Part shown: positions 47,247-56,569 of the stretch, one piece after another | Position numbering within the stretch: position 1 is the first letter of the stretch | How the letters are laid out: every line of letters starts with the position of its first letter | From: a virus | Lineage: Duplodnaviria; Heunggongvirae; Uroviricota; Caudoviricetes | Direction: 5' to 3' (one strand) | Virus record (IMG/VR): IMGVR_UViG_2758568661_000004 | Length of the DNA: 64,000 nucleotides | Program-made: the position numbers and the translations under genes | The notes under the pieces: model-generated | Seen by the model: the letters and a program-made list of their open reading frames with translations, nothing else | What the model was told of the DNA's origin: nothing | Databases searched by the model: none

Positions 47247-47720
47247 TCAGCTGATGCTGACGGAGCTGATCTGCCCTACCCATAGGCTCTGACGTTCCAT
47301 GTCGGTGGCCGCGTCGAAACGTTCGATGGCTTCCTCGGCGAACATGTCGAGGTGGATGCCGAGCGGCATGTTCATGGGTGCTTCAAGCCAGTAGGTGGTG
47401 ATGCGGTGTGAGTCGCCGCTGAGCGCGGCTACGTCGGCGACTCGCGCTTTCAGCTGGTCGGCGTGCAGGGAGGCGTCGTCGAGGGTGATGAACACTTTCA
47501 CGGGGACGATGGCGCCGAGGTCGGCGGTGGTTCCGACGGCGTACACCCGGTCGGTGATCGTCGCGGGCAGGGATGCGGGTGCAGCACCGTTGCGGTGCAC
47601 AGCATCCAGGATGAGACGTGCCTGCCAGACGGTGGCTGCTTGGTGGGCGCTGCGGTTGTCGAGCAGTTCCGACTGGATCAAGGACAGTTCGGTGGAGATG
47701 ACGTCGAGGTCGAGGGTCAC
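47247..47720 (-). CDS. hypothetical protein
   Basis: ORF track; GTG start behind GAAGGAT. Confidence 0.55.
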   Translation of the reverse strand: MTLDLDVISTELSLIQSELLDNRSAHQAATVWQARLILDAVHRNGAAPASLPATITDRVYAVGTTADLGAIVPVKVFITLDDASLHADQLKARVADVAALSGDSHRITTYWLEAPMNMPLGIHLDMFAEEAIERFDAATDMERQSLWVGQISSVSIS

Positions 47721-47782
47721 TGTGAATCCTTCATATTGATGGTCGATTTCTAACGTCTCATGCGCAGGAGCGACAGGCGAGA

Positions 47783-47887
47783 CTACTCGTCCTCAGGAAC
47801 CCAGCCGACTATGGGTGCGATCGCCACGCACACAACAATGATGAGGATGAGCGCGCCGACGACCCCGGCGATGATCTGGACGACGGT
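47783..47887 (-). CDS. tiny membrane peptide (~34 aa)
   Basis: TTG start overlapping the upstream stop (TTGA); MTVVQIIAGVVGALILIIVVCVAIAPIVGWVPEDE. Confidence 0.3.
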   Translation of the reverse strand, partial: TVVQIIAGVVGALILIIVVCVAIAPIVGWVPEDE

Positions 47888-48315
47888 CAATCGTCGCCCC
47901 AGTTCTGGTTCTCGCGGTGGTGCTCGAGGGCGGCTTCGTTCTCCACTGCCCACTTGATAAGGGCGTCATGGTCGAGGCCGGCGGGTGCGTAGCCGTGCAT
48001 GGCCTTCTTGAATGACACCGGCTCGAGACGGATGGTGTCGTAGAAGACGTCAGCGAAGCTGAGGTCGTAGGTGACCCAGATGTCGTCCCACGGTTCAACG
48101 TTGTGACGGCGGGTGGTGTCGGAGTTCAGGACGGTGACAGCAACCGGGACAAGGATCGGTTCCTCGTCAAGCACCGGGGTGGCGCCGGACTTGATGAACC
48201 CGTCCAGCAGCCGCAGTGCAGCGCGGGCGGTGTTGTATTCACGGGTGCTGCCGTCACCGGCGGCACGGTCGCGGATGTCGCGGATACCGTCAAGGATGTT
48301 CCCGAAGTTCGTCAT
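47887..48315 (-). CDS. hypothetical protein
   Basis: ORF track. Confidence 0.55.
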   Translation of the reverse strand: MTNFGNILDGIRDIRDRAAGDGSTREYNTARAALRLLDGFIKSGATPVLDEEPILVPVAVTVLNSDTTRRHNVEPWDDIWVTYDLSFADVFYDTIRLEPVSFKKAMHGYAPAGLDHDALIKWAVENEAALEHHRENQNWGDD

Positions 48316-48854
48316 GCTCGGATCATGCGCAGGATCGCGGCTGCACCAGCGCGGGCAGTCGCGACTGTCGCGTGCACAGCGGGGACGGCGACGTCCCTGA
48401 TTGTGACCGCTGCCTTCGACAGGTGTGGTTGCGCGGCGGCGGCAGCACGGCGGGCAACGTCCATGGTCGCTGGCGCTGTTTCAGAGGCGACCCGGGAGGT
48501 GTGCGCCAACGCAACCTGTCGCGCACCAGCGGTGATGTGGCGGAGGTCACGGACGGCGGGGCTGCCGGCAACCATGTCCACCCGGCGTGCAAGCTGACTG
48601 GCTGCCGGTGAGTTCCGGATAGCATCCAACCTCAGGTCAACCCTGTCCGGGTGGGCGACATGGTTGCCGTCCAGGATCAGCTGGAACCACTCCTGGTCAG
48701 TCATCACTGCCCCGGTCTCCGGGGATACAGCATCGAGCAGTGAATCGGCGATGCTTCCGGGGATCCCGGTGAGGATGCCGGTGCGGGCGTGCACGGCCAA
48801 TGCGACCACAGCAGTGGCGAAGGTCACAGCCAGGACGATGATGATCTCGGACAT
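48312..48854 (-). CDS. membrane-anchored hypothetical protein
   Basis: ORF track; C-terminus ...AILRMIRA* is the class-I motif read in frame; stop overlaps the next ATG. Confidence 0.55.
   Translation of the reverse strand: MSEIIIVLAVTFATAVVALAVHARTGILTGIPGSIADSLLDAVSPETGAVMTDQEWFQLILDGNHVAHPDRVDLRLDAIRNSPAASQLARRVDMVAGSPAVRDLRHITAGARQVALAHTSRVASETAPATMDVARRAAAAAQPHLSKAAVTIRDVAVPAVHATVATARAGAAAILRMIRA
48324..48334 (-). promoter_or_regulatory. class-I junction motif embedded in C-terminal coding sequence
   Basis: GATCCTGCGCATGATCCGAGCATGACG; near-identical junction at 48856-48880. Confidence 0.6.
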
Positions 48855-48874
48855 GCCTGGATCATGCGCAGGAA

Positions 48875-49156
48875 TCAGGCGGCGGCTTTCTCCGACAAGA
48901 CCACGGACGAGATGGTGTTCGCCCCGTCGTACATCCAGTTCTTCGCCCAGATGAAGTCGATGACCAGTTCACTGTCATGCGGGAGTCTGACTTCGTGAAG
49001 GGTGACTGTCTGACCGGGTGCCGGCTCGACAGTGTCGAAGGATGAGTCAGCGGTTGTGCGGCGGGTGTACGTGTCAGCACGGCGAACCTGCCCGTCGTCG
49101 TACACAATCACCCACGCCCGCATTGTTCGGGCGACTATGCGGCGTTCCATCCCCAT
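48875..49156 (-). CDS. hypothetical protein
   Basis: ORF track. Confidence 0.5.
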   Translation of the reverse strand: MGMERRIVARTMRAWVIVYDDGQVRRADTYTRRTTADSSFDTVEPAPGQTVTLHEVRLPHDSELVIDFIWAKNWMYDGANTISSVVLSEKAAA

Positions 49157-49326
49157 CAGTCGGTGCTCTCCTGCTCGGACGGGAGGGCATCCAGAGCGCG
49201 GAGCTCATCGATGGCCGCGTCAAGGACAGCCCGGTCATCAGCGCGGACGGTTCGGTTTCGAAGAATGGACAGGTCGGTGAGCAGGTCGCGATGCTTCGGC
49301 GTGTATGTGCCTTTCGGGTACCCCAT
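49156..49326 (-). CDS. small hypothetical protein
   Basis: C-terminal 56 aa of ORF 49156..49452 (MGYPKGTYTPKHRDLL...); CCCCATCAG junctions repeated at both ends. Confidence 0.4.
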   Translation of the reverse strand: MGYPKGTYTPKHRDLLTDLSILRNRTVRADDRAVLDAAIDELRALDALPSEQESTD

Positions 49327-49709
49327 CAGCTCGCATCCTCCGACCGGAGCAGACGGCCGACTCCCCCGCGCCGTGCGCGGACGCTTGTCCAGTCGCGGGC
49401 GAGGTTGCGAAGCCCGTAGTAGTCGTCGGTGCTGGTGTTTTCCACCGCCCACATCTCCTTCGCCGTACCGTCATCTGTGGTGACCCAGTTGAAGTGGATG
49501 TCTGCCGTCTCCTGGTCGGCGAACGCTTGCGTGTCCGGGTTCGCGCCGTCCTCAGTCGTCATGACCAGGTAGGAGACGCGGGGGTCCTTGGCTCGGTAGA
49601 TGGCGGCGATGGCGTCACCGATGGCGTCCGTCACACCGTCATCGAAAGGTGCCTGCTCCATCAGCTCGCGAAGCTGGTCGATGATTCGTTCACGGTTCAC
49701 ATGGGTCAT
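49326..49709 (-). CDS. acidic hypothetical protein
   Basis: ORF track (..49730) trimmed to ATG behind GGAGGAA. Confidence 0.5.
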   Translation of the reverse strand: MTHVNRERIIDQLRELMEQAPFDDGVTDAIGDAIAAIYRAKDPRVSYLVMTTEDGANPDTQAFADQETADIHFNWVTTDDGTAKEMWAVENTSTDDYYGLRNLARDWTSVRARRGGVGRLLRSEDAS

Positions 49710-49745
49710 GGGTTCCTCCGAAGGTGGCATTGGATAGGGGAAGGT

Positions 49746-50144
49746 TCAGGCGGCGCGGCGGTCCCGCTTGGCGGTGACCCTGGATTCGAGCAGCCACCCG
49801 TCATGGTGCGGTTCCACGGAATACCAGCGGGCGGCGAACCGGTTCAACGCTGTGTCGGACAGACCGACCTTCCCGGCGACCCGCCACAGCTGTGCCGACC
49901 ATCCGGCTCCCGGTGCGAGGTGCGCGTCGTCGTACAGGTCCTGCGCTTCCACCGGGTCGTAGGACCCGGCAACGGACACCGGCTTCTGCCGGTGATCCAG
50001 GACGATGACTGCGTACACGGGGATGGTGTTGTCGTACTCATCGGGGAGTCGGCCGCCGAGAGCACGAATCGTCTCATCGAGGGTGTCCGCCGTTTCAGGG
50101 TGAGCGGTGCGGATCCGGACGAGCTTCGGGATGAGCGGTGACAT
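49746..50144 (-). CDS. hypothetical protein
   Basis: ORF track; AAGGAA SD. Confidence 0.55.
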   Translation of the reverse strand: MSPLIPKLVRIRTAHPETADTLDETIRALGGRLPDEYDNTIPVYAVIVLDHRQKPVSVAGSYDPVEAQDLYDDAHLAPGAGWSAQLWRVAGKVGLSDTALNRFAARWYSVEPHHDGWLLESRVTAKRDRRAA

Positions 50145-50192
50145 GCGTTGTTTCCTTGCGGTCGGTGATGTTCACCACACCCATGCGCAGAG

Positions 50193-50684
50193 TCAACGGA
50201 TACGCGGACCGAACGGGTACTGCCCTTTCTTGATCATCCTCGTGATGTCAGCACCGGAGTACGGCCCGCCGGGGCTGGGTTCACGGCGTTGGTCGGCGAT
50301 GCGTTGCATCTGACCGAGTTCACGCAGCACCAACTGCTCCGCGGGTGCATCCTTGAACCCGGTGTCCTCCACCGGGCGGCCGTGACGGATGATGACCACC
50401 TTGAACTGTTCTGCTCTGTTCACGGTGACTTCGACGCGGTCACGGTCCTGCGCCCAACTGATGGTGGCGCCGCCGGCACCGTCGGACAGGATTTCCGGGT
50501 TCGGCACCGGGCCACGCTGAGCGCGAGCCAGCACCCGATCCAGTTTCATTGCCACCGGCGCTGAGATGCCGAGGTCCGGGTTGTCGTCGTACCGTCCGGT
50601 CAGTGCACGGACCTGATATTCGGGGCGGATGTTCGTCGGCAACCTGGCTCCTCTTCCTGTTGCAGGTGTCATGCGCAGCAACAC
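50193..50684 (-). CDS. hypothetical protein
   Basis: ORF track; start ambiguous (GTG 50684, motif ATG 50672 or later TTG). Confidence 0.5.
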   Translation of the reverse strand: MLLRMTPATGRGARLPTNIRPEYQVRALTGRYDDNPDLGISAPVAMKLDRVLARAQRGPVPNPEILSDGAGGATISWAQDRDRVEVTVNRAEQFKVVIIRHGRPVEDTGFKDAPAEQLVLRELGQMQRIADQRREPSPGGPYSGADITRMIKKGQYPFGPRIR

Positions 50685-50688
50685 CCGG

Positions 50689-51744
50689 TCAGTTCAGGTG
50701 GTTGAGTTCGCCATCATCCGGGAGGGTGACAGCGAACGCCCACTCGGGGATGTGCTGACGTTCGATCATCACATCCAACAGTCGCGGGAACGTGAACCCC
50801 GGCGCGGCGGCCATGGACCGGTGAACCACCACAGCGGCGGCGGAGCTTTTCCCTAACGCCCACAGCAACCATCCGGCCATCGCCAACGGTGCAGCATCCA
50901 ACCCGTCCGGCGCCAGAGCAGCCAAACGGAGGCACAACCGGGTTGCGGCGTCAACACGGTGGGGGTCCGGGCGTGGTCCGATGCCTCGGAACAGCTCACC
51001 GAAGCTGTCGTCGCTGACAGATCCTGTCTCCGCGTACTCCTGCCGGTCCCGATCTGCGAGAGCCCCCACATCATCACCGAACGCCCATCGGAGCAGGGTG
51101 ACATCCCGATGGGCTGGCTGCTGGAACAGAACCAGCAGGTTGGCTGCACGCACAGGATCCGGCATCCCGTCCAAAGAGCCGGTAACCACGTCAGAGGTGA
51201 CGCCGTCCACGTTCACCAGCTTCAACGCTGAGGCAACCGCGGCGCGTTCCGCATCGGACGCGGCAGGGAGTACCGCGTCAGCATCCACAGCCACAGCTGG
51301 GGCTGGCGCGATTGCGTTCACCGGTGAGCTGGTGACCATCTCCCACGGGAAACCGTTCGTTGGTGTGTCCGGGTCCAGCAGGGAACCCCACCCGTCCTCA
51401 CAGACGATCAAGGCGTCACGCACCTGATACCCGCTTGAATCGGCGAGGTCACAGAAACTGAACAGCTGCGACCTGAACTCGGTCGTCTGGTCGCCGGCGA
51501 AACGCCCGTCGGCGTACAACACAGGGACGATACCGTCAGCCACGTCCACACGCGCAACCAACCCCAGCATCGACGATGCGGAACCTGGCGCACCCAACAC
51601 CGCACTGTCCAGCCGGAGCGCTCCGGCGGTGCGGTTACCGGCAAACATCACCAGCACCAGTGAATCCTTCGGCTGGTATCCAAGGAGAGTGGGCAGCAGC
51701 GCGAGAAGGTCCTCAGGCTTGGAAGCGCGGATCACATCAGTCAT
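50689..51744 (-). CDS. DUF4192-family protein
   Basis: ORF track; N-terminus ...PEDLLALLPTLLGYQPKDSLVLVMF resembles DUF4192; own promoter region after a terminator. Confidence 0.65.
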   Translation of the reverse strand: MTDVIRASKPEDLLALLPTLLGYQPKDSLVLVMFAGNRTAGALRLDSAVLGAPGSASSMLGLVARVDVADGIVPVLYADGRFAGDQTTEFRSQLFSFCDLADSSGYQVRDALIVCEDGWGSLLDPDTPTNGFPWEMVTSSPVNAIAPAPAVAVDADAVLPAASDAERAAVASALKLVNVDGVTSDVVTGSLDGMPDPVRAANLLVLFQQPAHRDVTLLRWAFGDDVGALADRDRQEYAETGSVSDDSFGELFRGIGPRPDPHRVDAATRLCLRLAALAPDGLDAAPLAMAGWLLWALGKSSAAAVVVHRSMAAAPGFTFPRLLDVMIERQHIPEWAFAVTLPDDGELNHLN

Positions 51745-51850
51745 AAGGAGTTCCTACCACCCCAAGGAAGGCCGCAGGATTTTCCGAGCATGAAGCTTCC
51801 CCGGCGCTGGATGTTCGCTGGGAGGCGAACAGCGAACAGGATACACAAAA

Positions 51851-51885
51851 GGGCGGCAACCCCACATGATGTGGAACTGCCGCCC
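51851..51885. terminator. bidirectional-looking hairpin terminator (GGGCGGCA...TGCCGCCC with nested CCACATgATGTGG)
   Basis: 20 nt after the flotillin gene stop; TTTTGTGT on minus strand, CCTGTTTGTT on plus strand. Confidence 0.55.
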
Positions 51886-51901
51886 TCCTGTTTGTTACTG
51901 G

Positions 51902-53356
51902 TTACGCACTGACGGTGACATCACCGGCGGGGGTCTCCACCTTGACGGTGCCGAGGTCGATGATCTCCGGGGTGGTCGACTTCGACTTGACGGCACCAGC
52001 CGCAGCGCGACCGGCGGCGCTACCGCCGACGAAGGAGCCGAGGATGCCCTTCAGGTCGAGGCCGAGGGTGGCGGAGAGCATCGAGTCGACCTCAGCCATT
52101 CCGGAGACGACGTTCTTCGCCAGCTGGCCGGCGCCGTCCGTGGAGACGACGGTGAGGTTGTCGATGTTGCCCATCGGGGCTGCGATCTCACGGGCGATCA
52201 GCGGCAGAGCCTCGATCACCTTGAGCTGGAGGAGCGCCTCGGACTGCTCGGCGACAGCCTCAGCGGCCAGCTTCGTGGAGCGTGCCTCAGCTTCACCGCG
52301 AGCGGCGATGGCCTTCGCCTCTGCGAGACCTTCAGCTTCGAGAGCCTCAGCAGCGGCGACACGGGAGTCGCGCTCAGCGTTCGCGCGGATGAGCTTCTCG
52401 TCAGCCTGAGCCTGAGCGATGGTCTTCACACGGTACGCCTCAGCGTCGGCGACAGCCTTGACCTCGGAGTCGAGCTCGGCGGCGCGGAGCGAAGCCTTCT
52501 TCTGGGCGGTGATCTCCTGCTGGGCGACGACAGCCTGCTGCGACTGAGCCTCAGCGAGCGGTCGGGCGGCGGCAGCCTCAGCGGTCGCCTTGTCGGTGAT
52601 GCGCTGCAGCTCAGCCTTCTTCTGCGCGAGGGATGCCTCACGCTCGGCGACGGCCTGCTCTGCGGTGATCGCAGCCTCGCGGGACTCCTTCTGGGCGATG
52701 GACTCGGCGATCTCAGCGCGCTGGCGTACAGCGGCCTGCTCGGCACGGCCGAGGTCTTCGATGTACCCGTTGTTGTCCTGGATGCCCTTGATCTCGAACG
52801 AGTCAACGTCGAGGCCCTGGTTCACGAGGGACTGCTTGGCGATGTCGAGAACGGCGGTGGACAGCTCGTCACGCTTCGTGATGATGGTCTGCACGTCGGT
52901 GGAGCCGATGGAGGAGCGCAGCGAACCGGACAGAACCTCGAGGGCGAACTGGTCGATGTTCTTGTCCTGGCCGAGGAAGCGCTGAGCGGCGGCGCGGATG
53001 GACTCGTCGGAGGAGCCGACCTTGACGATGGCGACAGCGTCCACGGACATGGTGATGCCGTTGGAGGTCTGAGCGATGGCCTGAATGTCGATGGCGCGTG
53101 AGCGCAGCGAGATCTTGTGCCCCTTCTGGAAGAACGGCATGATCCAGATGCCCTGGCCGTGGACGACGCGCTGGCCGGACTGCTGCGTCTCGATGCCGTC
53201 GACGACCTTGCGCTTGGAGCGCTTGCCGGTGACGATGAGCGCCTCGTCGGGGCCGACGTTCTTGTAGAGCGTCTTCGCCCAGATGAACACGATGAAGCCG
53301 ATCACGAGGACGGCGAGGATGGCTCCGAATACGGGGCCGAACAGGAAGTCGATCAA
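51902..53356 (-). CDS. flotillin-like SPFH/band-7 domain protein
   Basis: ORF track; N-terminal TM, SPFH core, long Ala/Glu/Gln-rich coiled coil; TTG start behind AAAGGAGG SD. Confidence 0.85.
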   Translation of the reverse strand: MIDFLFGPVFGAILAVLVIGFIVFIWAKTLYKNVGPDEALIVTGKRSKRKVVDGIETQQSGQRVVHGQGIWIMPFFQKGHKISLRSRAIDIQAIAQTSNGITMSVDAVAIVKVGSSDESIRAAAQRFLGQDKNIDQFALEVLSGSLRSSIGSTDVQTIITKRDELSTAVLDIAKQSLVNQGLDVDSFEIKGIQDNNGYIEDLGRAEQAAVRQRAEIAESIAQKESREAAITAEQAVAEREASLAQKKAELQRITDKATAEAAAARPLAEAQSQQAVVAQQEITAQKKASLRAAELDSEVKAVADAEAYRVKTIAQAQADEKLIRANAERDSRVAAAEALEAEGLAEAKAIAARGEAEARSTKLAAEAVAEQSEALLQLKVIEALPLIAREIAAPMGNIDNLTVVSTDGAGQLAKNVVSGMAEVDSMLSATLGLDLKGILGSFVGGSAAGRAAAGAVKSKSTTPEIIDLGTVKVETPAGDVTVSA

Positions 53357-53493
53357 GGCGACTTCCTCCTTTCTTATTGGGGTTGTGTGCCCGTGCGGGC
53401 GTGGGTGCTGCTGGTTTTGGGGCTGCCGGTGGGCAGCGTGGACGCCGGGGTTAGACGGTGTTCATCTGACCCATGCGCAGAATCTGCGGAAGG

Positions 53494-54612
53494 TCACAGT
53501 GCCGGCAGGGGCGGGAGGGTGAATCCGAGGTGGATGGTGCTGCGCGTGGATGCGAGCAGGGCGCCGGGCTTCATGGAGAGGAACGTGGCGTTGTCCTCGA
53601 GGTACGCCCATTCGCCGCCCAGGTTGATGGCAGGGTCGGCGCTCACACCGTCCAGTTCGATGACGACGGAGCGGTTCGGGAGCGCATCCAGCTGCCATTT
53701 CTCGGTGAGTTCCGGTGACGGGGTGTCCGGGTTCCAGGTGACGAGAACACTGAGCTTGTCCCGCTTGGTTGCGATCACCCAGATGGCTTCGTTCGTGTAC
53801 TCGCGGTCGTCGGGGTCTTCCGGGTCGAGGTGGATCCAGTTCCCGTAGTACTTCTTGTACGTGACGGTGCGTGGGAACCGGTCGTTGATGTACCCGAACA
53901 TGGTGATGATCGACCCGGACGGCAGGGCGGTGACGTCCGCCTCGCTGGTCAGTGCCGGGTTCGGGCGGATCTGGGCAAGGAACTCGGTGACTTCGTCATC
54001 GGAAGGCACCCGATGCGATGGCTCGTCATCCGCCGGGATCGGGTACAGGATCGGCGGGTGCCCGGGGTGAACAAGCACAGTGGGGCTGGCAGGGGCAAAA
54101 GCGATCGCTTCGAGTTCGCTGATCCGTGCATCCTTCTCAGCGATGACCGCTTCGAGCTCAGCGACCTTAGCCTCAGCCACCTGTCGGAGGTTATGGGCGG
54201 TGGGGTTCCCAGCTTTCTGGACGGTGAACACGAATTCCTCATCGACGCCTTCGGTGACGAGGCGAGCTTCGACGTAGTTGATGGCTTGGTGATGGTCGAA
54301 CCAACGCCGCACCATCGTTCCGATGAGCAGGGTGGTGTGCTCCGCCTCCTCGAAGGTGACGCTTGCGACGTTGTCACGAACTTCATGCCAGCGGAGGAGG
54401 CCGTCGTTGTCAGCGACTGTGTTCGGTTTACGGCGGCCGGTTTTCACCGGACCCCACCCGTCAACGGGTGGGAAGATGCGGATGGTGTCACCGTCTGCGG
54501 ACATCATCGTCTCGCCGGTGCCGTACACACGTTGGATGGCTTCGTTGATCTCCGGGAGTGCGGTGAGGGGCATCGGGAGGGAGAACGCCGCTACAGGCTG
54601 ACGGTTGGTCAC
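53494..54612 (-). CDS. hypothetical protein
   Basis: ORF track; GTG start overlapping upstream stop (GTGA). Confidence 0.6.
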   Translation of the reverse strand: MTNRQPVAAFSLPMPLTALPEINEAIQRVYGTGETMMSADGDTIRIFPPVDGWGPVKTGRRKPNTVADNDGLLRWHEVRDNVASVTFEEAEHTTLLIGTMVRRWFDHHQAINYVEARLVTEGVDEEFVFTVQKAGNPTAHNLRQVAEAKVAELEAVIAEKDARISELEAIAFAPASPTVLVHPGHPPILYPIPADDEPSHRVPSDDEVTEFLAQIRPNPALTSEADVTALPSGSIITMFGYINDRFPRTVTYKKYYGNWIHLDPEDPDDREYTNEAIWVIATKRDKLSVLVTWNPDTPSPELTEKWQLDALPNRSVVIELDGVSADPAINLGGEWAYLEDNATFLSMKPGALLASTRSTIHLGFTLPPLPAL

Positions 54613-54989
54613 TTGTCTGTTCCTTCTGAACCCTCAGCATCTGCCGGCACGGCGGACGGGTCGGTGATCGTGGAGTCGAGGCAGTCGATGGACGGGTTCT
54701 CGGAGGTCAGGTACGTGTTCGCTGCGATGACGCAGATGACGTTGCGACCGTCGCCGAGGTTCTGCCGGATGACGGTCGTGGTCATGTCGTCACCCTCGGT
54801 GTACTCAGTCCTTGTGGACCCGATGACGACCACGGAGGTGTCCGGTGACACTGGTTCCGGTGCGGCGACCGGCTGGTCCGTCTCCATGATGGACGGGTCG
54901 GAGTCGAGGTAGTCCTGCATGGCGGAGCAGGAGGTGAGGGTGAGGGTGAGACCAGCCACAACGGCTGCGGTCACGAAAAGGTTGCGCAT
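54609..54989 (-). CDS. lipoprotein
   Basis: ORF track; MRNLFVTAAVVAGLTLTLTSCSA lipobox; class-I motif in fixed 11-nt register. Confidence 0.65.
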   Translation of the reverse strand: MRNLFVTAAVVAGLTLTLTSCSAMQDYLDSDPSIMETDQPVAAPEPVSPDTSVVVIGSTRTEYTEGDDMTTTVIRQNLGDGRNVICVIAANTYLTSENPSIDCLDSTITDPSAVPADAEGSEGTDK

Positions 54990-55016
54990 GGGATGGTCAT
55001 GCGCAGGAACTCTTGC

Positions 55017-55418
55017 CTAGCCGACGTCGACTGCCGGCCGGTCGTTCAGGACACTCATCACACGCTCGTACACGAGGTCGCACACCCCGTCCGGGACGTT
55101 ATGAAGGTACCGGGTCGGTTTGCCGACACTGTTGCATTCCACCAGCTGCGCCACCCATCGGATGGGTGTGGCGATGCTCTCCACCGTCCATGACCGGTTG
55201 TTGAACGCCTTGTCAGCCGTGCCGGGCTTCGTCCCGTTCAGCTCCACCAGATAGTGGCCGGGAACATCCGGGTTGTCGGTCGTCAGCAGAAGCCTGGCGA
55301 TCTCCTCGGCGAGGTCGTGGGTGGGGGTGTTCACATCCAGGTTGGATGAACGGATCTTGTTCAAGTTCACGGCGGGTGTCTCCTCTATGCGGTCGTGCTC
55401 AGAGGAGGCATGCGGCAA
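55017..55418 (-). CDS. hypothetical protein
   Basis: ORF track; TTG within class-II motif or GTG ~55365 behind GAGGAG. Confidence 0.5.
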   Translation of the reverse strand: MPHASSEHDRIEETPAVNLNKIRSSNLDVNTPTHDLAEEIARLLLTTDNPDVPGHYLVELNGTKPGTADKAFNNRSWTVESIATPIRWVAQLVECNSVGKPTRYLHNVPDGVCDLVYERVMSVLNDRPAVDVG

Positions 55419-55428
55419 CGGGGTGTCG

Positions 55429-56544
55429 TCAGCTGTTCGGCTGCGATGCAGCCTCAGGCTCGCCGCCCGTGGCCTCGGGTTCCGGATCTGGTTCAGTGTC
55501 CGTGCCCGCCAGATGCCGGGTGACCACGTTCACGACCGCGGCTGCTGGAACGGCGAACAGCGCGCCGGGGATCCCAGCGACGATGCTTCCGATGGCCACG
55601 GCGAGGACAACAGCCAACGGGTGGACGTTCACAGCGCTGCCCATCACCAACGGTTGCAGCAGGTGGCCTTCGATCTGCTGGACGGCGATGATGACCACCA
55701 GCATCCACACGGCAACCCACGGCCCGCAGTACAGCAGGGCGAGGAGGACGGCGGCTGTCCCGGCGACGAGCGCACCGACCACGGGGATGAACGCTCCAAG
55801 GAACACGAGGATGGCGATCGGTACAGCCATCGGCACCCCGAGGAGGAACGCTCCCAACCCGATACCGAAAGCGTCGAAGCCGGCGACCAGGACTTGGATT
55901 CGAGCGAAGCTGGACAGGGTCGTCCATGCGGCCTGCCCTGCGCCGTCAGCTTTCTCGCGTGCAGCTTTCGGGAACAGGCTGACCGTCCACGACCAGATGC
56001 GTGGACCGTCGATGAGGATGAACAGGAGGGTGAAGAACGCCAACGCCACACCGACACCCGCATGCCCGACACCGGATCCGATGGATACCGCGCCGTCCAG
56101 CAGGGCGCTGGAATCTGATTGCAGCTTCGTGACAGCGGAGTCGACGTACCCGTTGATCTCCTTGTCGGTGAGGCCGAGCGGGGAGTCGTGAAGGAACACC
56201 TTCACCCCATCCCAGAACTCGACGGCACGGCCGGCGACATCACGGGAGCCCTGGATGATCTGGATGACCGCGACGGTGAGCAGCCCACCGATGAGAGCGA
56301 CCGTTCCGACGAGGGTGGTGGTGATCGCCAACCATGTCGGCCACCGTTTGCTGCGAAGGTATCCGACTGCGGGGACGAGAAGGGATCCGAGGAGGATGGC
56401 GATGAGGACGGGGATGACGATTTCGGAGAGTTTCGACACTCCCCACATGGCAGCTGCCGCGGCGGCGACAATCACCAGGATCCGCCACGCCCATGACGCA
56501 GCAGCTTGCACTGGTGTGGGGACGGGGTGGATGTTGTCGGTCAT
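55429..56544 (-). CDS. AI-2E family transporter (PerM/UPF0118-like permease)
   Basis: ORF track; ~8 TM helices; typical AI-2E length and hydrophobic pattern. Confidence 0.75.
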   Translation of the reverse strand: MTDNIHPVPTPVQAAASWAWRILVIVAAAAAAMWGVSKLSEIVIPVLIAILLGSLLVPAVGYLRSKRWPTWLAITTTLVGTVALIGGLLTVAVIQIIQGSRDVAGRAVEFWDGVKVFLHDSPLGLTDKEINGYVDSAVTKLQSDSSALLDGAVSIGSGVGHAGVGVALAFFTLLFILIDGPRIWSWTVSLFPKAAREKADGAGQAAWTTLSSFARIQVLVAGFDAFGIGLGAFLLGVPMAVPIAILVFLGAFIPVVGALVAGTAAVLLALLYCGPWVAVWMLVVIIAVQQIEGHLLQPLVMGSAVNVHPLAVVLAVAIGSIVAGIPGALFAVPAAAVVNVVTRHLAGTDTEPDPEPEATGGEPEAASQPNS

Positions 56545-56569
56545 GCCGGTGAGGCATGCGGCGGGATGG

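Noticed and set aside
49731-49745. TGGATAGGGGAAGG resembling the cluster-K mycobacteriophage SAS (GGGATAGGAGCCC)
   Set aside because: Single occurrence, not repeated at other starts; most likely coincidence.
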